From positions 288,001 to 352,000 of the forward strand of contig CAVOID010000003.1 in assembly GCA_963695875.1 (NCBI GenBank): a stretch of DNA of 64,000 bases, in the 5' to 3' direction. The DNA comes from an uncultured delta proteobacterium (lineage in GTDB: Bacteria > Desulfobacterota > Syntrophia > Syntrophales > UBA2185). The notes beneath the pieces are model-generated. The model ran no database searches. It saw nothing but the letters and a program-made list of their open reading frames with translations, and was not told the DNA's origin. Both the position numbers and the translations under genes were made by a program. Shown piece after piece: positions 45,282-54,542 of this stretch (its first letter is position 1; the number at the start of each line of letters is the position of its first letter).

Positions 45282-46301
45282 TCAATCAAGATTCCGGTAC
45301 CATTCCAAAAAGTCCGGATCTTCTGTGTTGATGCCAACCCCAAAACAGAAATTTCTTTTCTTGCGAATCCTCTTGAATTCTTCCAACCCCGGATATGGGA
45401 TTCTAACCCGTTCCTCCCCCTTGTATTCAACACGATGAGTTCTCCACGACATATCCATGTAGGGACCAGACTGGACAACAAGCAAGCCTTCATCTAGACG
45501 AAAGCTTCGGTCTACGAATTGCCGCACTCTGTCGCATATGAAATTGGCCGCTCGCGTCAGTTCCAATACCAGGTCTTCTACAAGCTTGACGTGGAAGATG
45601 AATTCTCTGAACAGAGTTTCATACCTTTCCTCGTCCCACTCAGGAATATGGTAGAACTTTCTTGTCCAATATACGTCGTTGGTCTTTTCCGAGTATCTGT
45701 GGAAGGTATTCTGAAAGTCCTGCAAAACACGTCTGAAGTTTTCAAAGGAGTCTTCAAGCTCCGGGTATCGTTTCGGCCAGATTCTTGAGAAAATCCATTC
45801 TCTGAGGGATGACAGGCTTTCATCCACATCAACCCATAAAGTGGGATGATCGCCTCCGAGGATATGGGAGGTCCATGCCTTCCACTTCGCGACGTGTGCT
45901 GATTTCAGCCACGTGTCAACGTAGGTGGCGTAACGTTCGTCGTCGTGTTGTCTTTGCTGATCATAGGTAGTTAACGACTCCCGGACCCAACCCTCATGCA
46001 AAGCCTTTATTTCCTTCAGGTACTCGATTGAGTACATATGGTACTGATCGTCAATTATCTTGTGGTGTATTCTGCACAGCAGTATAAGATTGTCGTATTT
46101 GTTAAGCTTGTCTTCTGGGATCGCCGGGTCTCCTCTTGGACCATCAGAACTCTCGGCGATAATGTGACACTCTTCTCCAATCAACGATTCGTCATCTGTT
46201 TCGGTGGCATCCATGACCAGCTCTTTGCGACAGTCAGGCATTGCACAGCGGTTGCCGGAACGCCCCCACAACATCTTGTGTGTCTTAAGCGTAATGCTCA
46301 T
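45282..46301 (-). CDS. Gene cassette: N-terminal HNH endonuclease plus unrecognised C-terminal domain
   Basis: LWGRSGNRCAMPDC, GEECHII...GPRG, NLILLCRIHHKIID. Confidence 0.85.
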   Translation of the reverse strand: MSITLKTHKMLWGRSGNRCAMPDCRKELVMDATETDDESLIGEECHIIAESSDGPRGDPAIPEDKLNKYDNLILLCRIHHKIIDDQYHMYSIEYLKEIKALHEGWVRESLTTYDQQRQHDDERYATYVDTWLKSAHVAKWKAWTSHILGGDHPTLWVDVDESLSSLREWIFSRIWPKRYPELEDSFENFRRVLQDFQNTFHRYSEKTNDVYWTRKFYHIPEWDEERYETLFREFIFHVKLVEDLVLELTRAANFICDRVRQFVDRSFRLDEGLLVVQSGPYMDMSWRTHRVEYKGEERVRIPYPGLEEFKRIRKKRNFCFGVGINTEDPDFLEWYRNLD

Positions 46302-46353
46302 ATATCTTCAGTCCTTGTCTGCTAACATTTAATATACCAAACTGGTCGAAGGA

Positions 46354-46409
46354 GAGTAACAACGGGGTCAGCCGGGTGTTTGCGCATCGGCTGCACTGAC
46401 CCATTGGGC
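46354..46409 (-). other. attC recombination site 2 (56 bp, R'' variant AAT)
   Basis: Minus strand GCCCAAT-GGGTC-AGTGCAGC...GCTGACC-CCGTT-GTTACTC. Confidence 0.72.
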
Positions 46410-46462
46410 TATCATCTTTTTTGCTACATCTCCTTCTTTTGGACTTGGTCACGCATCAATAT

Positions 46463-46834
46463 TTAGTGGTTCTCAAAGGCTGTTTTCAATTCGGTTTCTG
46501 AGGGAGGGTATATGTTGTACCAATCGTGCTTATAGACTCGCTCCCTTTCCTTGTCAATCACCGAACGATCAAGAGGGATGTCATGACCGGGGGTTCCTCG
46601 CTTTTTCCCCACCACAATAGAGGTGAGAGCAGGAAGCTTGTTGTCAAGACAGTAATAGGCAATATGTCCCAGAATTTTGTCGAGTACTCCTTGAGCTTTC
46701 TTCTTGTACATAAGTACCGAAAGTTCTTCATATGTAGTTGTCTGTCTTTTTATGGCCATTCCAACAAGGATTTGCCATGCCTGAACGGCTCTTGCCGCAT
46801 GTTGTGAAGACGGGTTAAATAACTTCATGTTCAA
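46463..46834 (-). CDS. Gene cassette: small hypothetical protein, putative winged-helix-like DNA-binding fold
   Basis: GAGGGGG RBS; TTYEELS...LGHIAYYC...LPALTSIVV.K..GTPG pattern; bracketed by attC sites. Confidence 0.75.
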   Translation of the reverse strand: MNMKLFNPSSQHAARAVQAWQILVGMAIKRQTTTYEELSVLMYKKKAQGVLDKILGHIAYYCLDNKLPALTSIVVGKKRGTPGHDIPLDRSVIDKERERVYKHDWYNIYPPSETELKTAFENH

Positions 46835-46887
46835 TCCCCCTCAGATTAAACTCGTAATCTTTAAGCCACTCCCAATTCCTCACTTGA

Positions 46888-46945
46888 GTACAACAAAAAG
46901 ATCACCGGCCCGAGGAACGAGGACAGGTGGATTTATTGGTTATGT
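46888..46945 (-). other. attC recombination site 3 (58 bp)
   Basis: Minus strand ACATAAC-CAATA-AATCCACC...GGTGATC-TTTTT-GTTGTAC; the TAA stop of the upstream ORF lies inside R''. Confidence 0.82.
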
Positions 46946-47814
46946 GCTATCTTTCCTCACCAAACGCTTGGCGTCACAGATCAGTGCCACCGCCGCATCA
47001 GGACCGCGCTTAATATCTTGCATCTCAATCATTCGCTCAGCAACCCACACCGACGCTCTGCCAACTGTGAATAGTGTTCCAGTGAGAGCAGACCAGACAG
47101 GCCCGCCGAGAGTGCACCGATGCATACGCCGGCCCCCACGGATATTAATCCTTCCCAGCTAAAGATCGAACTCAATGCTCCCGTCGTTGTCTTGAGCCCA
47201 TGTTTGCGAATCGACCACTCATAGTCTTCAATCCTGCGCGCGATAAGATCCCTTGCATGTTCAACAGACTGTGCCGACAAACTGTATTCAAGCCAGAGCC
47301 TAAGCTCCCGGTACTTTCTTATAGCTTCCTCGTCGCTACGAAACTCGAGTATTTGTTCCCAGGATACGTGGTCTTCGATGATTTCGGGCAGATTTTCCAG
47401 CGCGGCTTGGTAGACCAAGGTGTTGCCGGATGGATAATCTAACAAGTAACGTTCCTGCCTTTCGTAGACCGGCGTGACGGAATACCCAGATAGCCTATAG
47501 CACTCCACTCTAACTCGAACGAAAACCTCATCGAAAATGTTGGACATATCATCCGCCGTAAACGCCGAAATAGGCCTTTTTAATTTAGGGCTGTTAAAAA
47601 GGAGTTGTTTTTTTATTGTCTCAAATTGCGCTTCAAAATATTCGTCGATTTTGGGGAAATCGAATTTAACCCATGATGGGATATTGTCGCGACGGTCCCA
47701 CCAAGGCGGAACATAGATACGGTCAAACATTAAGGCTGCTCTCTTGGTGACTCGCGGTTGTGGATATGCGTATCTCTCGCCTGGCACCTGTATGCTATAT
47801 TTTGGGTCGCTCAT
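46940..47814 (-). CDS. Gene cassette: hypothetical protein with Gly-rich hydrophobic C-terminal hairpin (probable frameshift near 47110)
   Basis: ORF 47029-47814 joins ORF 46940-47125, whose stop sits in the attC R'' box. Confidence 0.7.
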
Positions 47815-48312
47815 ATGATCACACTTAATATACGAACTTCGTAAAACATGTAAATTTGTTTAATACTGCTCTGCAGGAGTTGCTTCCAGAGTTTCCAGAA
47901 GGCATTTTTGAACAAGGACAGCTAATGAACACTCGCCAGTTACGCTTGTTCATTTCAACGTGAAATCTACATCAATCATTCTTGATATGTCTATTATTTC
48001 TTTCAGGAAGGATGGCGCGTCCTTTAAGCAGAAAAAACAAATCTTCAAGATTTGCACGTTTCAACCCGCATTCAATGACATCGTCTGGTGGTCCCTCTTA
48101 CTGCTTTGTATTTTGAATTTGTTTACCCTTTCTTTGTCGTTGGTTATCTCTTATTAGGAAGAAGTTAGGCCTTATGCAGCTTTAGTTATTAAGTGATAAT
48201 AGGAAAAATAATGCTTGATTAAAATAAAATCTTCAATTAGTTAAAAACATTATGCAAAAAATCATACCATACTGTATATATGTATAACTTTTAAAGGAAT
48301 GGAGAATGGCAA

Positions 48313-48687
48313 GTGGTAGAAATTGATTTTGAGAAAGGCAAAGGACTTTTACCGGTTATCGTTCAGGATTATGAGACAGGAGAAGTTCTGATGCTTGCCT
48401 ATATGAATCGCAAGGCATGGCTGGAAACACTGGAGACAGGGAAAGCTACATACTGGAGTAGGTCGAGAAATGAGCTGTGGGTTAAGGGAGAAACTTCAGG
48501 TCATGTCCAGATTGTCAAAGAAATCTTAGTCGACTGCGATTCTGATACCCTTTTGCTGAAAGTCCAGCAGGTAGGCGGTGCTGCTTGCCATACAGGGTAT
48601 AAGTCATGCTTTTATAGAAAAGTTACGAATGGAAAGACGGAGATCATAGGAAAACCTGTTTTTAAGCCGGAGGATGTATATAAATGA
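48313..48687 (+). CDS. hisI: Phosphoribosyl-AMP cyclohydrolase
   Basis: [37 protein letters not shown]. Confidence 0.96.
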   Translation: MVEIDFEKGKGLLPVIVQDYETGEVLMLAYMNRKAWLETLETGKATYWSRSRNELWVKGETSGHVQIVKEILVDCDSDTLLLKVQQVGGAACHTGYKSCFYRKVTNGKTEIIGKPVFKPEDVYK

Positions 48688-49556
48688 AGAAATTGAAGCT
48701 GGGAATACCGAAGGGAAGCCTGGAAGCCAAGACGGTGGACCTTTTCAAAATGGCCGGCTGGCGTATTTCATACGATGAGAGGAGTTATTTCCCTGATATT
48801 GATGATGAGGAGATCTCTTGCACGCTTGTGCGTGCGCAGGAGATGTCAAGATATGTGGAGGATGGGACTCTGGATCTGGGTCTTACGGGGAAAGACTGGA
48901 TTATCGAGAATGACTCAAATGTCGTCGAAGTCCAGGATCTGATTTACTCGAAGGCATCGGTAAGACAGGCACGGTGGGTTCTGGTAGTCAGAGAAGATTC
49001 CCCTATCCGGGCTCTCGAAGACATGGAAGGAAAGAGAATTTCGACGGAGCTGGTCAAATTTACGGAAAGGTATTTCAGGGAAAGGAATATCAATGTTCAT
49101 GTCGAATTTTCCTGGGGTGCAACGGAGGCAAAGGTTGTTGAGGGCCTCGTAGATGCCATTGTGGAGGTTACTGAAACAGGAAGCACGATTAAGGCCAACA
49201 AATTAAGGATAGTTCATGAACTGATGAAGACCAATACGAAGCTCATTGCCAATACCGATGCATGGGATGATCCCTGGAAACGAAAAAAGATAGAGCAGAT
49301 CAGGACACTGCTGAATGGTTCATTGCTGGCCATGGGTAAGGTAGGTTTGAAGCTGAATGTGTCCAAGGAGAATCTCGGGCGGGTTGTTATCCTCCTGCCA
49401 TCTCTGAAGGCGCCCACGATATCCGGGTTATACTCGAATGACTGGTATGCGGTTGAGACAATAGTGAGCGCGAACATCGTGCGGGATTTAATCCCCCTGC
49501 TTCAGGAGGCTGGAGCCGAAGGTATTATTGAATATCCCCTGAATAAAGTTATCTGA
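48684..49556 (+). CDS. hisG: ATP phosphoribosyltransferase, long form
   Basis: [38 protein letters not shown]-terminal regulatory domain. Confidence 0.96.
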   Translation: MKKLKLGIPKGSLEAKTVDLFKMAGWRISYDERSYFPDIDDEEISCTLVRAQEMSRYVEDGTLDLGLTGKDWIIENDSNVVEVQDLIYSKASVRQARWVLVVREDSPIRALEDMEGKRISTELVKFTERYFRERNINVHVEFSWGATEAKVVEGLVDAIVEVTETGSTIKANKLRIVHELMKTNTKLIANTDAWDDPWKRKKIEQIRTLLNGSLLAMGKVGLKLNVSKENLGRVVILLPSLKAPTISGLYSNDWYAVETIVSANIVRDLIPLLQEAGAEGIIEYPLNKVI

Positions 49557-49570
49557 AAGGCGTGAAAATA

Positions 49571-50158
49571 ATGGCGCGTAAAGCAAAGATACACAGGAAA
49601 ACAACGGAAACAGACGTATCGATAGAGATTAATCTCGATGGCGCCGGTAATGGAAAAATATCCACCACAATCAGCTTTATGGATCATATGCTTAATCTCT
49701 TTGCCCGGCACGGTCTCATTGATCTGGCTGTAAACAGCAGGGGTGATACGCATATTGATGACCATCATTTGGTTGAGGATATCGGCATATGCCTTGGCGA
49801 CGCCGTTAAGAAAGCTATCGGTGATAAAAAAGGAATAGCCCGTTACGGATCGGCAACCGTTCCCATGGATGAAAGCTTGTGCAGTGCGGTACTGGATATT
49901 TCAGGAAGACCTTATCTGATTTACAATGTGGATTTTAAGAGCAAAAAAATCGACAAATTTGATTACTCTCTGTTAAGGGAATTCTTTAAATCTTTTTCAG
50001 ACCATAGCGGAATGACCTTGCATATTAATCTTATTTATGGTAAGAACAACCACCATATAGCAGAGGCGATTTTTAAGGCCTTTGCACTTGCCTTGAGTAA
50101 AGCAGTGACCATTCACGGCCGTATAGAAGGCATCTTATCCACTAAGGGAAGCCTGTGA
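49571..50158 (+). CDS. hisB: Imidazoleglycerol-phosphate dehydratase
   Basis: RKTTETD, DHML, DDHHLVED, PMDE, NNHHIAEA.FKA, STKG. Confidence 0.97.
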   Translation: MARKAKIHRKTTETDVSIEINLDGAGNGKISTTISFMDHMLNLFARHGLIDLAVNSRGDTHIDDHHLVEDIGICLGDAVKKAIGDKKGIARYGSATVPMDESLCSAVLDISGRPYLIYNVDFKSKKIDKFDYSLLREFFKSFSDHSGMTLHINLIYGKNNHHIAEAIFKAFALALSKAVTIHGRIEGILSTKGSL

Positions 50159-50179
50159 TCAGCATTCTCCAAAAAGGAG

Positions 50180-50985
50180 GTGGCAATATCCGGAGAGAAT
50201 CATCCAGGTATTTTAAATCGGTTTAGCCATCTCTTTCTTTTATGTTTCATTCTTATTATAGTTTCCGGTTGCCATTACGCAAGTGGTGTATCTACTACTC
50301 TTAAAGATGACGGGAAGGTTGTCTTTAAGCGTATTGCCGTAGTCCCTTTCCAGCGAATCAGTCCGGAAGAAGCAGACATCAAGACAGTGCGCTGTCCTGT
50401 GTGCGGCCTGATCCTTAGGACCGAAAAATTTCCCCAGGGTTCAGAGAAAGTTGTTGAAGATATCTTTTTTGAACGTCTCACAGAGATGAAGGTATTTACT
50501 CTCATACCACCGGAGAGAGTCGGGGGTATTTACGAGAGAATTACCGGCGGTCTTTCTAAGGCGGATTCATAGAAATTTTGAAGAAGGTCGGCGATGAACT
50601 GGAAGCAGACGGGATTATGTTAGGTTATGTATACCGCTACAGGGAAAGAAAGGGATACGCATACTCAGCTGAGAAACCGGCATCGGTTGCCTTTGAAATC
50701 CATCTGATCAGGGTTAGCGATGGAGCCGTTGTGTGGAAGGGTATCTTCGATAAGACACAAACGTCGTTGATGGAGGATATGCTTCAGATTTCTTCTTTTT
50801 TAAAAGAACGGGGAAGGTGGGTTACTGCGAAGGAATTGACAGCAGAAGGTATGGATGAGGTATTGAGAGAAATTCCCCAGGTCGCGGAAGAATTGACCCA
50901 GATACGATCAAGGGTATTCGTATGGAGTACTGTAATGGAATTTTCTGTGAGCCGGAAGATCAAGAATGTTCGTGTTGGGAGTTAA
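50180..50985 (+). CDS. Hypothetical lipoprotein (frameshift near 50570; 3' end uncertain)
   Basis: Lipobox VSGC; RIAVVPF, CPVC, ADGIMLGYVYRYRER.G, PASVAFEIHLIRV.DG..VW. Confidence 0.7.
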
Positions 50986-50988
50986 ACA

Positions 50989-51722
50989 GTGATCATTATA
51001 CCGGCAATCGATTTAAAAGATGGCCGGTGTGTGACGGCTTGCGCAGGGAGATTTCCGTCGTGTTACGGTATATTCAGAAATCCTGTTGAGATAGCAAAAA
51101 GTGGCAGGAAAATGGAGCAGACGCGTATACATGTCGTTGATCTTGACGGTTCACTTGCCGGTTCACCGCAGAACAGGGATGTAATCCGGAAGATCGTCGA
51201 AGAAATCGAGGTGCCGATCCAGGTGGGCGGTGGAATAAGGGAGATAAAAACCATCGATGACCTATATAGGCAATAGGCGTCCATTGGGTAATCCTGGGAA
51301 CAATGGCCCTGAGAAAATGAGACTTCGTAAGGGAAGCATGTGATGCTTACGCGGCAGGATTATTCTTGGTATTGATGCGAATGACGGAAAGGTAGCAGTT
51401 CAGGGGTGGACGGAACAGACGTCGGAAACTGTTATTGATATCGCGACGACGCTTACGAAGGGTATGGTGCTGGACGCGATAGTCTATACGGACATTAAAA
51501 GAGATGGCATGGAGACGGGCCGAATGTAGAGGCGACCAGAAACCTTGCCCAGCTCTGTTAAATATACCGGTGATTGCATCAGGGGGCGTCTCAAGCATGC
51601 AGGATATTGAGGAGACTTCTTGACGTGGAGAATGTTCGGGGTAAGTGGGGTTATTATCGGTAAAGCCTTCTACTCAGGTGCCGTATCTTTGAGAGGAAGC
51701 GATAGAACTTTCGAAGTATTAA
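50989..51722 (+). CDS. hisA: ProFAR isomerase (multiple frameshifts)
   Basis: IIPAIDLKDGRCV, IHVVDLDG, QVGGGIR, YTDIKRDG, VIASGGVS, GVIIGKAFY. Confidence 0.9.
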
Positions 51723-51797
51723 ATTTCTGTGAAAACACATTCTTAAAGCGCCACCGTTCAGGTGGAGAGGCTTCACATAAAAAAGGGAGGAGCAGTA

Positions 51798-52141
51798 ATG
51801 GAAAGACTGTATTTTTTGCAAAATTGTAAATGGTACAATACCGAGCAGCAAAGTTTATGAGAATGACGAGGTATGGCCTTTGATGATATACATCCTATGG
51901 CTCCCGTCCATGTCATTATTATTCCGAAAAAACATATCCCGACTCTCCTGGATGTGACAGCCGCAGATATTAGCTATGTGAGTTCCATGGTTACTGCTGC
52001 ACAGGAAGTAGCACGGATTAAAGGTATTGATAAAAGAGGATTTCGCATTGTTATAAATTGTAATAAAGAAGGGGGACAGGTCATTTTCCACCTGCATATG
52101 CATGTTTTGGGGGGAAAAAACTAAAGGATGAACTGGCCTGA
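51798..52141 (+). CDS. HIT-family nucleotide hydrolase (frameshifted)
   Basis: DCIFCKIV, AFDDIHPMAPVH, GQVIFHLHMHVLGG. Confidence 0.9.
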
Positions 52142-52210
52142 TTCTGGGAATCTTGACAAATGATTGAAATGACTTAAATTAGTGTAGTTAGAAGTGATAT
52201 AGGTGATCTA

Positions 52211-52660
52211 ATGGAAATTGATGCAAAAGGTTAATGTGAAATGGTTTTAGCGGCCAAGGCAAAGGATAAGGTTAGATTGTCTGCGATACGGATGATTAAG
52301 ACAGGCATTCATAACAGGGAAATAGACCTGAAGAGAAAAATGATGAATGCAGAATTTCTGCAGTTGTTGTCACTATGGTGAAACAGAGAAAGGATTCCAT
52401 CGACCAATTTCAGAAAGGGTGGAAGAGACGGATCTGGTTGAAAAGGAAGAGGCGGAACTGAAGGTTATCCAGGAGTTCATGCCCGAGCAGATGTCGGAGG
52501 AAGACATAGATGCGGAAATTCGAAATGGTCATCAAGGAAGTCGGCGCTGTTAGTATAAAAGACATGGGGAAGGTCATGAAGGTTCTCATGCCGAAATTAA
52601 CCGGCAAGGCTGATGGAAAAATGGTCGGGGGACAAGTTAAAAGAAAAGTTGTCATCCTAA
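52211..52660 (+). CDS. GatB/YqeY domain protein (multiple frameshifts)
   Basis: AAKAKDKVRLSAIRMIK, KQRKDSI.QF.KG, EEAELKVIQEFMPEQMS, DMGKVMK. Confidence 0.85.
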
Positions 52661-52702
52661 AGGTACAGGGTAAGTTCCGGCAGACTAAAGAGGACGACTA
52701 TC

Positions 52703-54486
52703 TTGAAAGGACATATTTCTCCAGATAAGATAGAGGAGGTAAAGAGAAGAGCAGATATCGTTGATCTGGTTTCAGAATATGTTACCCTGAAAAAAGGGGG
52801 AAGGAATTTTCTCGGGCTCTGTCCCTTTCACAAGGAAAAAACGCCTTCTTTTACGGTAAACCGTGACAAGCAGATATTCTACTGCTTTGGATGCGGGGAA
52901 GGGGGCAATGTCCTTGACGTTTTTGATGAAAATGAACAGCATGTCATTTCCTGAGGCAGTAAGGCATTTGGCGGGAAAGACAGGCGTTGTCATACCGGAA
53001 AGAGTTTTAACCCGTGAAGAGAAGGAACGAACCAGTGCGAGGGATGAAATTAACCGGATTAATCAAATGGCGGCGAAATATTTTTCCGAGAATCTTTTTT
53101 CGCAGGCAGGAAAAGGGGCACGGGAGTATCTAAGGGACAGAGGAATACAGGATGAGGTAGTCAAAGAATTTTGCCTCGGCTTTGCCCTCGATGGATGGAG
53201 ACATCTCAAGGAATACTTTGAAAAGGCAAAAGTTTCCTTGAAACTTGTTGAACAGGCGGGTCTGATCATTCCAAAAACAAACGGAGGCGGGTCTTTTTAC
53301 GACCGGTTCCGGGGGCGATTGATTTTCCCTATTGAGGATGTCGGCGGTAATGTTATTGCGTTTGGCGGCAGGATTCTCGGTGATGGCGAACCAAAATATT
53401 TGAATACTTCCGAATCACCCGTGTATGTCAAGGGGAAAAATCTCTATGGTCTGAACCGAACGAAGGAAGACATTCGTCAGAAAGGATATGCCATCCTTGT
53501 TGAAGGGTATTTTGATTTAATTACCCTGTGGAGTGCGGGCATCAGGAACGTTAGTTGCCACCCTCGGGACAGCTTTGACGAGAGATCATGTTGATCTGAT
53601 CAGGCGATATACGAGGCAGGTGGTTGCCTGTATTCGATCCTGATATTGCGGGGAAAAAGGCTCTGGCGCGGAGTATTGAACTGTTTCTTTCCGGGAATGT
53701 ACACGCAAAGGCTGTAGTGCTTCCTGAAGGCTATGATCCGGATAAATATGTAAGGACATATGGAAGTGAAGCTCTCATGGGGATTATCGACAGCGCCCAG
53801 TCTATGGTCGATTACTATATTGAAAATTTCATCGGAAGAGTTGCTACGGTTGAGGAAAAGAGAGATGCATTGAGAGAAGCGGCCTTTTTTATTGTCAATA
53901 TTGACAATATAAGTGAGAGAGATTTATTCATAAGAAGGGTATCGGAGAAATTAGGTTTAAATCAGGAACTTTTGACAAAAGAAGTTAATCGCGCATTGAA
54001 AGTTTCGATCGGAAAAACAGCAATGCTTCAAAAGAGCGAAATATGGAAATTGACATGGTCGAGTTGAGTCTTATCCATATCATGCTGGAATATCCTCATA
54101 AGATTCCTGAAATTGCCAACGAGAATATCCTTGATTGTTTTATGAGTACGAATTTAAAATCACTTGCAGAAAAGCTGAAAGATTCTTTTGAAAAAGAGGG
54201 TCCAGAGGGTTTTGATGCATCATTGTTCATACAGAACATTGATAATGAAATTATCAGACAGAAGCTTCTTAAAAAAATGATCGATGAAAATCCCTATGAT
54301 GAAGGGATCATTGATCGTGTTATTACGGATACGATGAAACAGATTAAACGGAAGTGGTATAAAGAAAAAAGCGGGATTTTGAAAAGGGAGATTAGAAAAG
54401 CAGAGGAAAGCGGCAATCATGAATTGTGTAAAAAACTTTTAGAGGAAAAGGAAAGGTTATTAAGAGAAGAAAAAACATTATTATAA
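52703..54486 (+). CDS. dnaG: DNA primase (frameshifts near 52915, 53552, 53625 and 54030)
   Basis: [52 protein letters not shown] motifs; precedes rpoD. Confidence 0.94.
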
Positions 54487-54542
54487 AAATAATCTGCGTT
54501 CCGATTTTTTTTATTTTGAAAATAACACCGGGAGAAACCAAT

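Noticed and set aside
46319..46346. dif (XerCD) site resemblance of CTAACATTTAATATACC
   Set aside because: Only a partial match to the XerD arm, no XerC arm, and better explained by the cassette junction.
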